Shown here one piece after another: positions 1 to 8,244 of a DNA stretch of 60,674 bases. The translations under genes were made by a program, and so were the position numbers. The notes beneath the pieces are model-generated. The model saw only the letters and a list, made by a program, of their open reading frames with translations, was not told the origin of the DNA and made no database searches. The stretch's first letter is position 1; every line of letters starts with the position of its first letter. Where the stretch lies: the IMG/VR virus record IMGVR_UViG_3300003792_000001. One strand, 5' to 3'. Origin of the DNA: a virus.

Positions 1-57
1 GGTTTTTTCTGAGGGAGGGGGGGCATATCGATCTTCGAAAGCCCGCCGCCGTAGGGC
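1..57. repeat. Terminal direct repeat, identical to 60618..60674. This is the overlap of a circular or terminally redundant molecule.
   Basis: The same 57-nt string, ggttttttctgagggagggggggcatatcgatcttcgaaagcccgccgccgtagggc, is read at both window ends. Confidence 0.95.
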
Positions 58-141
58 CCGCGCGGCCCTCATCCGCAGATTATTTTTCTGATCTGAAAAA
101 AATGGGCTGAGGTCCATCACGTTAAAGCAAAAAGAGGATTT

Positions 142-954
142 TTGAAGTCCGTGTTGGAAAAAATGAACTGGGCCGCTTACGAGGTCGAGCGGCGGGCGGT
201 TTCAGCCTTGAAACCCTATGCCCGCAATCCGCGCACACATTCGGATGAACAGGTGGCGCAGATCGCCGCCAGCATCCGCGAGTGGGGATGGACGACGCCG
301 ATCCTGATTGACGAAAAGGGCGGGGTGATCGCCGGGCATGGCCGCCTGATGGCGGCAAAATCGCTGGGCGTGGCCGAGGTGCCGGTCATCATCGCCAAAG
401 GATGGACCGAGGCGCAAAAGCAAGCCTACGTGATCGCCGACAATCAGCTGGCCATCAATGCCGGGTGGGATGAAGGGCTATTGCGGGTCAATATCGGCGC
501 GCTCGATGATTTGGGCTTCGACAGGTCGTTGCTGGGCTTCGGCGAGGATTATCTTGCCGACCTGTTCGCCGAGCCCGCCGAGCCGGAACCGCCGAAGGCA
601 TCGCTTGCCGAGCGTTTCGGCCTGCCGCCTTTCACGGTGCTCAATGCCCGCGAGGGATGGTGGCAGGATCGCAAGAACGCATGGATTGCGCTGGGCATCC
701 AGAGCGAGCTTGGCCGGGGCGAAAACCTTTTGCAGTTTTCCGACACGATCAACGAGCCTGATCCGGCCAAGCGCGCCAAGCGCAAGGCGAACGGCAAGAC
801 CGCCGCGCGGACATTCGGGCAGGATTTGATGCGCGGCGAGCACGTCGTCGGCAATGGCAAGGCAAGCAAGGAAACCGCGAGCCTGAAAGGCGGATTGGTG
901 CGCAATATCACCTCCGATGCCTACCGGGCGCGGGATAAGGAAAAGCTGCAATGA
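142..954 (+). CDS. ParB-like nuclease domain protein
   Basis: The N-terminus (KPYARNPRTHSDEQVAQIAASIREWGWTTPILIDEKGGVIAGHGRLMAAKSLG) matches the ParB/Sulfiredoxin-type nuclease domain pattern. The start is uncertain, with alternatives at GTG 151 and ATG 163. ATGA overlap with the next gene. Confidence 0.75.
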   Translation: MKSVLEKMNWAAYEVERRAVSALKPYARNPRTHSDEQVAQIAASIREWGWTTPILIDEKGGVIAGHGRLMAAKSLGVAEVPVIIAKGWTEAQKQAYVIADNQLAINAGWDEGLLRVNIGALDDLGFDRSLLGFGEDYLADLFAEPAEPEPPKASLAERFGLPPFTVLNAREGWWQDRKNAWIALGIQSELGRGENLLQFSDTINEPDPAKRAKRKANGKTAARTFGQDLMRGEHVVGNGKASKETASLKGGLVRNITSDAYRARDKEKLQ

Positions 955-1796
955 CGCGCAAGGCCAACGGGGCAAAGGCAATCCAGACGCAAGACTGGGT
1001 AAACGACAAGATTTCCGAGGGCGATATCGAAGGCGGCATGTCGGCTGGGCAATCGGGGACATCGATTTTCGACCCGGTGCTGTGTGAACTTGCCTATCGC
1101 TGGTTTTGCCCGCCGGGCGGCCTGATCCTCGATCCTTTCTCCGGCGGCTCGGTGCGCGGGATCGTGGCAAGCGTACTCGGTCGACCATATTTCGGGATCG
1201 ATCTGTCGGCCCGCCAGATCGCCGCCAATATCGATCAGGCGGCGAAGATTTGCCGCGATCCGGCACCGCAATGGACGGTAGGCGATAGCCGCAATATTGA
1301 TCGCCTGGCGAATGGCCTGGCCGCCGATTTCATTTTTTCGTGCCCGCCCTATGCCGACCTCGAAATCTATTCGGACGATCCGCAAGACCTGTCCACGCTC
1401 ACCTATCCTGAATTCCGCGAGGCCTACAGCGAGATCATCGCCAAGGCGTGCGCGCTGCTAAAGCCGGATCGCTTCGCCTGTTTCGTGGTCGGCGACGTGC
1501 GCGGCAAGGATGGCGCTTATTATGGCTTCGTGCCCGATACCGTCGCGGCCTTCCAGGCGGCGGGGCTGAAATATTACAACGAGGCGATCCTTGTGACCGC
1601 CGCCGGATCGTTGCCGATCCGCGCCGCCAAGCAATTCGAGGCGACCCGCAAGCTCGGCAAGACGCATCAGAATGTTCTGGTCTTTTGCAAGGGCGATCCC
1701 AAGAAGGCGACGGCGGCCATCGGGCCGGTGGAATTCGGCGACTTCGGGGCCGAGGCGCCGGAGGGCGGCGACGCGCAATTCGGCGAGGCTTTGTGA
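951..1796 (+). CDS. SAM-dependent DNA methyltransferase (N6-A/N4-C type, variant CPPY catalytic motif)
   Basis: Motif I-like DPFSGGSVRG...GIDLS is followed by FIFSCPPYADLE, a (D/N/S)PPY-type motif IV with Cys in the first position. Translationally coupled to the ParB-like gene, a pairing common in phages. Confidence 0.75.
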   Translation: MTRKANGAKAIQTQDWVNDKISEGDIEGGMSAGQSGTSIFDPVLCELAYRWFCPPGGLILDPFSGGSVRGIVASVLGRPYFGIDLSARQIAANIDQAAKICRDPAPQWTVGDSRNIDRLANGLAADFIFSCPPYADLEIYSDDPQDLSTLTYPEFREAYSEIIAKACALLKPDRFACFVVGDVRGKDGAYYGFVPDTVAAFQAAGLKYYNEAILVTAAGSLPIRAAKQFEATRKLGKTHQNVLVFCKGDPKKATAAIGPVEFGDFGAEAPEGGDAQFGEAL

Positions 1797-2506
1797 CCGC
1801 CGCGCCGATCATTACCGAGCATGACGGAATCCTCGTCGTTCGCGACGATCTATTCCCCGGCGGGACCAAGGCGCGGTTCATTCCGGCGCTTTTCGAGGAT
1901 GCCGACGAACTGGTCTATGCCAGCCCGCCCGAAGGCGGCGCACAGACGGCGATTGCGACATGCGCGGCAGCATTGGGCAAGCGATGCACGATCCTTGTAG
2001 CCAAGCGCCAGCGCCCGCACCCGCGCTCGCTGATGGCCAAGGCGTTGGGCGCCAAGGTGCTGCAAGTATCGCCGGGCTATCTGACGGTTGTCCAAGCCCG
2101 CGCCCGCGCCTATGTCGCGGCCAACGCCGCCCATGGCGCGCGATTGCTGCCGTTCGGCCTTGATGTGGAGATAGCCGGGTCATTCATCGCGGAGGCGGCG
2201 CTGGCGACGGGTGCCCACCCGGACGAAATCTGGTGCGCTGCGGGATCGGGCGTCCTTGCGAGGGGGTTAAAGGCGGCTTGGCCGGATGCCCGCTTGAACG
2301 TGGTTCAGATCGGCAGGGAGGTCAGCGCGGCGCGGGTAGGCGGCACAGTGCACGTCCATCCCCTCGGCTTTTCTGATCGATGCAAGAGCCGCCCGCCATT
2401 CCCAAGCGATCCGCATTACGACGCGAAGGCTTGGGAGATATGCAAAACCCGGCGTGGGGCCGGGTCGGTGCTTTTCTGGAATGTGACCGCCGAGGCGGCG
2501 GTCTAA
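1793..2506 (+). CDS. Short fold-type II PLP-dependent enzyme-like protein (ACC deaminase/D-cysteine desulfhydrase-like)
   Basis: VVRDDLFPGGTKARF resembles the RDDL..GGNKxRK PLP-lysine motif. A later AAGSGV glycine loop is present. The GTG start at 1793 overlaps the upstream stop (GTGA). The 1448-1792 part of the tracked ORF overlaps the MTase and is rejected. Confidence 0.5.
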   Translation: MTAAPIITEHDGILVVRDDLFPGGTKARFIPALFEDADELVYASPPEGGAQTAIATCAAALGKRCTILVAKRQRPHPRSLMAKALGAKVLQVSPGYLTVVQARARAYVAANAAHGARLLPFGLDVEIAGSFIAEAALATGAHPDEIWCAAGSGVLARGLKAAWPDARLNVVQIGREVSAARVGGTVHVHPLGFSDRCKSRPPFPSDPHYDAKAWEICKTRRGAGSVLFWNVTAEAAV

Positions 2507-2583
2507 TCGATATAGATGTCTCGGAAATAAATGGAGGCGGCGATTAAGATGATGATGCCGCCGAAAATGTAGAAAACTTCCAT
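2503..2583 (-). CDS. 26-aa hydrophobic micro-protein (MEVFYIFGGIIILIAASIYFRDIYID)
   Basis: Translated by hand. A strong SD (GAGGGAGCGAA) precedes the ATG. Absent from the ORF track because it is under 60 aa. Single predicted TM helix. Confidence 0.3.
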   Translation of the reverse strand: MEVFYIFGGIIILIAASIYFRDIYID

Positions 2584-2604
2584 TTCGCTCCCTCTCGCGG
2601 ATAA

Positions 2605-2627
2605 GGCGGCGCCTCTCTGGCGCCGCC
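2605..2627. repeat. Perfect 9-bp inverted repeat (ggcggcgcc tctct ggcgccgcc), a hairpin or possible terminator for the minus-strand block
   Basis: Arms at 2605-2613 and 2619-2627 are exact reverse complements. Confidence 0.6.
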
Positions 2628-2653
2628 CTACACACCTATCTCAATCAATGCGG

Positions 2654-2684
2654 GAAGCAACTTCTAATTGCTTGGTTTTGCTCC
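2654..2684. repeat. 31-nt element, copy A (gaagcaacttctaattgcttggttttgctcc)
   Basis: 27/31 identical, in the same orientation, to 4125..4155. An 11-nt core, gaagcaactcc, recurs at 50681-50691. Confidence 0.85.
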
Positions 2685-3074
2685 ACTTTTTGGTCTTTTC
2701 TGATAATGGCTGATACGCATCTGATTGGGGCTGAAATCGACCAGAAGCGGGCTTTCATCGGCGACCGCTTGGCGGATCGCATCGGCCTCGATGAATTCGA
2801 CTCCATCGTCGCCGCCAAAGCTGGCATTCTTCGCCGCCCACCACTCGTCAAAATCCATGGTGGTCGGATCGCACTCGGCGGCATAGACGACGAGCGGCTT
2901 TTCGTCATCGGCAAGCACGGCGTTAGACATCAGATAGACGCCTTGATCGCCGACCAGCCATAGGCCGGGGCCGTCGTTGGGTTCGCCATACCGCTCGCGC
3001 TGACCTTTCGGCCAGCGCGCTTCGGAAAAAATGAGGAGTTCGCGCAGCTGCGCGGCGGGAAAAGTCAATCGCAT
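2664..3074 (-). CDS. Hypothetical protein, DUF3085-like
   Basis: GLWLVGDQGVYLMSNAV resembles the DQGVYLMSNG signature I associate with DUF3085 proteins of plasmid/ICE leading regions. Unverified. Confidence 0.5.
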   Translation of the reverse strand: MRLTFPAAQLRELLIFSEARWPKGQRERYGEPNDGPGLWLVGDQGVYLMSNAVLADDEKPLVVYAAECDPTTMDFDEWWAAKNASFGGDDGVEFIEADAIRQAVADESPLLVDFSPNQMRISHYQKRPKSGAKPSN

Positions 3075-3304
3075 TTTGGCTCCTTTGCTGCGAATGCTTC
3101 GGCTTCGGCAAGGCTCCTGAAAGCGGTGCCGGTATCGCCCACCATAAAGAGCCGTCCGAATCGTGATCCGACCGGGCGGATTTTATGGCCGTTGATGGTG
3201 GAGACAACCGAGGCGGCACAATGCGCCTCGAATTGCCGGTTATATTCCGCCGCGCCCACCCGTTCGATCAGGTGGGCGCGGGCTACGGGATCATCCCAAT
3301 TCAT
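3065..3304 (-). CDS. Hypothetical protein (79 aa)
   Basis: ORF in an operon-like arrangement with a short overlap to its neighbours. Confidence 0.55.
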   Translation of the reverse strand: MNWDDPVARAHLIERVGAAEYNRQFEAHCAASVVSTINGHKIRPVGSRFGRLFMVGDTGTAFRSLAEAEAFAAKEPKCD

Positions 3305-3309
3305 CGGGA

Positions 3310-4053
3310 TCAGCCTTGCGCCGGGGCGGTGGACTCGGCGCCCTCGGCCTCGGTGGCCTTGGGTGCCGATTTCGCGGCCTTGCGCTGTGCCTCAAGGGCG
3401 ATCACCGCAAGGTTCCGATATTTGTCCATAGCCTTCGGCGAGGATGAAATCGGATTGATCGGGAAGGCCTTCAAAGCCTTGATGTCGCCCTTTTCGACGA
3501 GGGCGGCGATCTCATCAAGCCGCTTGCGAAAGCGGGCATGCGTGGCGGCGGAAAAATCCGGCTTTGCGGGCAAAACCCCGGCCTCGGCGGAGGCCAAAAG
3601 TTCGGCGCGCTTGCCATGCTTTTCCGGGGCGGCGGCTTTCGGAGCCTTCGCGGGCTTCGCGGGCTTTTCAGCCTTGGGCGCCTTGCCCTTCGGGCGGGCG
3701 GTTTCCGTGGCCGAGGTGGGCGCGTTGCCGAGATCGGCAAGGATCGCCGCCGGGCCCTTGATCGCCTTTTCCGCCTTGGCCTTGGCTTTCGCCTTGGCCT
3801 TGGCATTGAAGCCCGCGCCGGAGATGACCGTCTGATTTCCGTCGGCGTCGAAGGCCTTGAGGATCGGCTTGGCCTTTGCCGCCGGGTGATCAGCGACCAG
3901 CTTTTCGGCGGCTGCTTCGATTTCCGGGCGGGTCGCTGCCTCGGCGTTGGCATATTCGCCGGTGCCGAGGAAAAGCGATGCGGTAAAGCGGGTGGCGTTC
4001 TCGATGATCGCGGCGGCGTAGGCTTCCGGCGACTTCATGTTCGGAGTGGTCAT
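3310..4053 (-). CDS. Lys/Ala-rich repeat protein (histone H1/AlgP-like tail)
   Basis: Contains AKAKAKAKAKAEKA and KGKAPKAEKPAKPAKAPKAAAPEK tracts. The start is set at MTTPNMKS, with SD GGAAAGGA upstream. Confidence 0.7.
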   Translation of the reverse strand: MTTPNMKSPEAYAAAIIENATRFTASLFLGTGEYANAEAATRPEIEAAAEKLVADHPAAKAKPILKAFDADGNQTVISGAGFNAKAKAKAKAKAEKAIKGPAAILADLGNAPTSATETARPKGKAPKAEKPAKPAKAPKAAAPEKHGKRAELLASAEAGVLPAKPDFSAATHARFRKRLDEIAALVEKGDIKALKAFPINPISSSPKAMDKYRNLAVIALEAQRKAAKSAPKATEAEGAESTAPAQG

Positions 4054-4124
4054 TTCGGTATTCCTTTCCCTCTGGTTTGCCGCGCCAATTTGGCGTGCCT
4101 CCACTCCTATATGGACCGCGATCA

Positions 4125-4155
4125 GAAGCAACTCCTAAGTGGTTGTTTTTGCTCC
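4125..4155. repeat. 31-nt element, copy B (gaagcaactcctaagtggttgtttttgctcc)
   Basis: 27/31 identical to 2654..2684. Lies between the divergent Lys/Ala-rich gene and terS. Confidence 0.85.
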
Positions 4156-4170
4156 GAAAGATGAAAGACC

Positions 4171-4569
4171 ATGAAACAGAAACAGAACAAAGCCGGGCGA
4201 CCGGCGCACGCGCCCGATGCCAAAGACCGGCAGATGGTCGAGGTGCTTGCGGGCTTTGCGGTGCCGACCGCGAAAATCGCGGCGGTCCTGAACATCACTC
4301 AGGCGACGCTATTCAAGCACTATCGCCTGGAAATCCAACGGGGCGGCGCGCTCGTCGAAGCCAAGCTCGTCGGAAACCTCTTGCGGCTCGCGGGCGGCAA
4401 GGATGGCACGGCCCTGAAAGCGATCACCTTTGCGCTGCAATGCCGCTTCGGCTGGTCGCAATATGTGCCGCGCCCTGATCCTGAGCGCCCGCTCGGCAAG
4501 AAAGAGGTGCAACAGATCGCCGCCGAAACCGGCCATGAAAACACCGAGTGGGGCCACTTGCTCCAGTGA
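4171..4569 (+). CDS. terS: Terminase small subunit (HTH)
   Basis: Small basic HTH protein (TAKIAAVLNITQATLFKHYR) immediately upstream of, and overlapping, the large terminase. Confidence 0.7.
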   Translation: MKQKQNKAGRPAHAPDAKDRQMVEVLAGFAVPTAKIAAVLNITQATLFKHYRLEIQRGGALVEAKLVGNLLRLAGGKDGTALKAITFALQCRFGWSQYVPRPDPERPLGKKEVQQIAAETGHENTEWGHLLQ

Positions 4570-6239
4570 CAAAATGGGAATTTGCCTGCCCGGATTGGGA
4601 GAAACGCCTCCAAGCCGGAACCACGCTGATCCCCGATTTGCCGCTCAATGAAAAAGAGGCCGGGCGCGCGGTCGCCATCTTCGACAAGCTGCGCCTGCCA
4701 GACGTCCCCGGCCAACCGACCATGCGCGAGGCGGCTGGGCAATGGCAGCGCGATATGGTGCGGACGATATTCGGCTCGCTGATCGACGGAATCCGCATGG
4801 TGCCGGGCGTCTTTTGCATGGTGCCGAAAAAGAACTCGAAAACCACCGGCGGCGCCGCGATCACCTTGACCGGCCTGCTGATGAATATGCGCCCGCGCGC
4901 CGAATTTATTTACATCGGCCCGACGCATGAGGTCTCCGATCTGGCCTTTCAGCAGACGGTGGGGATGATCGAGGCCGACGAATATCTGACGCAGCGCTTT
5001 CACATCGCGCATCATACCAAGACGATTACCGACCGGCGGAACAAGGCGCGGCTCAAGGTCAAGACCTTCGATATGAAGGTCATCACCGGATCAAAGCCCG
5101 CTTTCGTGCTGCTCGATGAATTGCACCTTATGGCGACGATCAACGGCGCCGCGCGGATCATCGGGCAAATCAGGGGCGGCCTTCTGCCCAATCCAGAAGC
5201 CGTGCTGATCATGATCACGACGCAAAGCGATGAGCCGCCAGCGGGCGCGTTCAAGGCTGAGCTTCAATATGCGCGCGGCATCCGCGACGGGCGGATCAGC
5301 GGCGAGGTGTTGCCGATCCTCTATGAATTCCCCGAAGCGATGCAAAAGGGCGTCGCATGGCGGGAGCCGGATAATTGGCCGATGGTGCTGCCCAATCTTG
5401 GCCGCTCGATCTCGCTTGACCGGCTGATTGCCGATTTCGAATCCGCCAAGGCCAAGGGCGAGGAAGAAGAACGCCGCTGGGCAAGCCAGCACTTGAACGT
5501 CGAAATCGGGCTGGCGCTGCATACCGACCGCTGGATCGGTGCCGATTACTGGCTTTCCGCCGCTGATCCGACCATTTCGCTCGACTCGCTGATCGACGAC
5601 TCCGATTGCATCGTCTTCGGCATCGATGGCGGCGGCCTGGACGACCTTTATGGATTGGCCGCCATTGGCCGACACAAGATTACCCGCGATTGGCGGCTGT
5701 GGACGCATGCGTGGGCGCATGAGGACGTGCTGTTCCGCCGCAAGGAAATTGCCGACCGCCTGCGCGATTTCGAGGCTGATGGTGATCTGACCATCTGCAA
5801 GGACGCGACGCAGGATGTCCGCGACATTGCCAACATCATCGAGCGCGTCCGCGACGCCGATCTCCTGCCGCAAAAGGCGGGCGTCGGCCTCGATCCGGTC
5901 GGGATCGCCGCAATGGTCGAGGCCTTGGCCGCGCGCAATATCACCGGCGAGCAGGTCGTGGCCATCGGCCAGGGCTACCGGCTTTCCGGCTCGGTATGGG
6001 GAATGGAGCGCAAGCTCAAGGACGGCACGCTTTGGCATTGCGGCTCGCCGCTGATGTCGTGGTGCGTCGGCAACGCCAAGGTCGAATTGCGCGGCAACGC
6101 GATAGCGATCACCAAGCAAGCCTCCGGCAAGGCCAAGATTGACCCGCTGATTGCCGCGTTTGACGCAGCGGAACTGATGAGCCGCACGCCGCAGGCGGCG
6201 CGGAAGCCCTCCTACCAAATGATGTTCATCGGGGCCTGA
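4548..6239 (+). CDS. terL: Terminase large subunit
   Basis: Shows a Terminase_1-like pattern: VPKKNSKTTGGAAI (P-loop-like), FVLLDELH (Walker B) and a C-terminal nuclease-like region. An alternative GTG start at 4566 gives a GTGA overlap with terS. Confidence 0.9.
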   Translation: MGPLAPVTKWEFACPDWEKRLQAGTTLIPDLPLNEKEAGRAVAIFDKLRLPDVPGQPTMREAAGQWQRDMVRTIFGSLIDGIRMVPGVFCMVPKKNSKTTGGAAITLTGLLMNMRPRAEFIYIGPTHEVSDLAFQQTVGMIEADEYLTQRFHIAHHTKTITDRRNKARLKVKTFDMKVITGSKPAFVLLDELHLMATINGAARIIGQIRGGLLPNPEAVLIMITTQSDEPPAGAFKAELQYARGIRDGRISGEVLPILYEFPEAMQKGVAWREPDNWPMVLPNLGRSISLDRLIADFESAKAKGEEEERRWASQHLNVEIGLALHTDRWIGADYWLSAADPTISLDSLIDDSDCIVFGIDGGGLDDLYGLAAIGRHKITRDWRLWTHAWAHEDVLFRRKEIADRLRDFEADGDLTICKDATQDVRDIANIIERVRDADLLPQKAGVGLDPVGIAAMVEALAARNITGEQVVAIGQGYRLSGSVWGMERKLKDGTLWHCGSPLMSWCVGNAKVELRGNAIAITKQASGKAKIDPLIAAFDAAELMSRTPQAARKPSYQMMFIGA

Positions 6240-6267
6240 TCCCCGCGCCTTACAGGACACCCAAGCC

Positions 6268-8244
6268 ATGAATCGTGGATATTCGATCCTGACCGTGAAA
6301 GCGGTCGAGGAGGAGCAGCGCATTATCCGGGGTACGGCGACGACGCCGACGCCGGATCGCCTTGGCGATATCGTCGAGCCGCTGGGCGTCAAATTCAAAA
6401 ACCCGATGCCGCTCCTTTGGCAGCACAGGAGCGACAAGCCGGTTGGCACGGTCAAATTCGACAAGCCGACCAAGGACGGAATTACCTTCGAAGCCCGCCT
6501 GCCAAAGATCGACGAGCCGGGCACCTTGAAGGATCGCATCGACGAGGCGTGGCAATCGGTCAAGGCCGGGCTCGTCGCCGCCGTCTCCATCGGCTTTCGC
6601 GCGATGGAATGGTCGTTCATCGAGGCGACCGGCGGCATCCGCTACAGCGAAACCGAGGTCATGGAGCTTTCGCTTGTGACCATCCCGGCTCAGGCCGAGG
6701 CCAGCATTTCCCTAATCAAGTCGATAGACGCCCCTCTGCTCGCCGCGTCAGGCAAGGAGCCGAAGGCACATGATCGACCTGTTGCTCCCGGCGTCACGGG
6801 AAAATCCCAACCCGTAACCACGCGCCTAAAGGACGCTCCGAAAATGAAGACGATTGCCGAACAGATCGCCGCGCTTGAAGCCAAGCGGGCGGCGAATACC
6901 TCCCGCATGGAGGAGGTAATGCAAAAGAGCATGGACGAAGGCCGCTCGACCGATGAGGCCGAACAGGAAGAATTCGACACGCTCGAAACCGAAGTCGATG
7001 CCATCGACAAGGACTTGAAGCGCCTGCGCATCCTCGAAAAGGCCAAGGCCTCGGCAGCAAAGCCGGTGCCGACCGCCACCATCCGCGAGAATGATGGCAC
7101 CCAAGCCCGCGCTGGCGTGATCGTCAAGACCCACGACAGGACCGCTCCAGGCATCCAGTTTGCTCGCATCGTCAAGTGCCTCGGCCTTGCGCAGGGCAAT
7201 CGCCGCGAAGCACTGGAAATGGCGCAGCAGCGCTATCCGAACGACGACGCCGTAATCAACGGCCTCAAGGCGGCGGTCGCGGCAGGCACGGTGGGCCACT
7301 CCACTTGGGCCGGGGCGCTGGTCGGCGACGAAACCACGGCGTTTGCGGATTTCGTGGAATTCCTCCGCCCGCAGACGATCCTCGGCAAGTTCGGCACCAA
7401 CGGCATTCCGTCGCTGCGCAACGTGCCGTTCCGGGCCGCGCTGATCGGCCAGACCTCCGGCGGCAACGCCTACTGGGTCGGCGAAGGCAAGCCCAAGCCG
7501 CTGACGAAGTTCGATTTCAGCCGCACCACGCTTGAGCCGTTGAAGGCCGCCAATATCGCGGTCGTCACCGACGAGGTGCTGCGGGATTCGAGCCCGTCTG
7601 CCGAAACCATCGTCCGCGACAGTCTGGCTGCGGCCCTGCGCGAACGCCTCGATACCGACTTCATCGATCCGGCCAAGGCCGCCTCGGCTGGGGTATCGCC
7701 CGCGTCGATCACCAACGGCGTCTCCGCTATCGCATCCACCGGCAATGATGCCGACGCGATCCGCGAAGATATCCGCCAGCTGTTCGGCGCCTTCATCGCC
7801 GCCAACAACGCGCCGACCTCCGGCGTGTGGATCATGTCGGCGACCACCGCGCTTGCGCTTTCGCAGATGCGCAATCCGCTCGGCCAGAAGGAATTCCCCG
7901 GCGTGACGATGCTGGGCGGTGATTTCGAAGGCCTGCCGGTGATCGTGTCCGAATACCTCTCGCCGGTTTCGGCGGGCGGCTTCGTGGCCCTGGTCAACGC
8001 GCAGGACATCTACCTCGCCGATGACGGTGGCATCCGTATCGACATGAGCCGCGAAGCATCGCTGCAAATGAACGATGCGCCCACCACGCAGGATGCGACG
8101 ACCGGCACCGGCACGTCGCTGGTTTCCCTGTGGCAGACCAACACGGTCGGCTTCCTTGCCGAGCGCACGATCAACTGGGCAAAGCGCCGCGCGTCGGCGG
8201 TGGCCCTGCTGGATGAGGTCAACTGGGGCGTTCCCGGTTCCTGA
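6268..8244 (+). CDS. Fused HK97-family prohead protease and major capsid protein
   Basis: The N-terminal ~165 aa (RIIRGTATTPTPDRLGDIV...LLWQHRSDKPVGTV) look like an S78 protease. A coiled-coil delta-like segment follows (KTIAEQIAALEAKRA...), then an HK97-fold MCP-like C-terminus. A possible internal start lies at ATG 6844. Confidence 0.85.
   Translation: MNRGYSILTVKAVEEEQRIIRGTATTPTPDRLGDIVEPLGVKFKNPMPLLWQHRSDKPVGTVKFDKPTKDGITFEARLPKIDEPGTLKDRIDEAWQSVKAGLVAAVSIGFRAMEWSFIEATGGIRYSETEVMELSLVTIPAQAEASISLIKSIDAPLLAASGKEPKAHDRPVAPGVTGKSQPVTTRLKDAPKMKTIAEQIAALEAKRAANTSRMEEVMQKSMDEGRSTDEAEQEEFDTLETEVDAIDKDLKRLRILEKAKASAAKPVPTATIRENDGTQARAGVIVKTHDRTAPGIQFARIVKCLGLAQGNRREALEMAQQRYPNDDAVINGLKAAVAAGTVGHSTWAGALVGDETTAFADFVEFLRPQTILGKFGTNGIPSLRNVPFRAALIGQTSGGNAYWVGEGKPKPLTKFDFSRTTLEPLKAANIAVVTDEVLRDSSPSAETIVRDSLAAALRERLDTDFIDPAKAASAGVSPASITNGVSAIASTGNDADAIREDIRQLFGAFIAANNAPTSGVWIMSATTALALSQMRNPLGQKEFPGVTMLGGDFEGLPVIVSEYLSPVSAGGFVALVNAQDIYLADDGGIRIDMSREASLQMNDAPTTQDATTGTGTSLVSLWQTNTVGFLAERTINWAKRRASAVALLDEVNWGVPGS

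Noticed and set aside
1448-1792. N-terminal 115 codons of the tracked ORF 1448-2506
   Set aside because: This part overlaps the methyltransferase gene out of frame and translates to Arg-rich nonsense. A GTG at 1793 gives a GTGA stop-start overlap and begins exactly where the PLP-enzyme-like sequence starts.
2706-2963. Plus-strand ORF (85 aa) following copy A of the 31-nt repeat
   Set aside because: It is fully antisense to the DUF3085-like gene and has no SD. The minus-strand reading has the recognisable motif.
3185-4164. Plus-strand ORFs 3185-3835 and 3538-4164
   Set aside because: They are antisense to the Lys/Ala-rich gene. The GCC/AAG repeat DNA is open in several frames, and the products are Gly/Arg low-complexity sequence.
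5091-6638. Long minus-strand ORF (515 aa). Similar long antisense ORFs occur at 6826-8067, 8706-10016, 16312-17493, 16407-17558, 18058-19368, 22533-23492, 23610-25058, 31755-32951 and 45385-46137.
   Set aside because: Each lies entirely antisense to a gene with a recognisable product (terminase, capsid, portal, TMP, tail hub, integrase, PAPS reductase). Their translations are Arg/Ala/Gly/Pro-rich and low in complexity, as expected from stop-codon-poor GC-rich DNA. None has a recognisable motif or an RBS.
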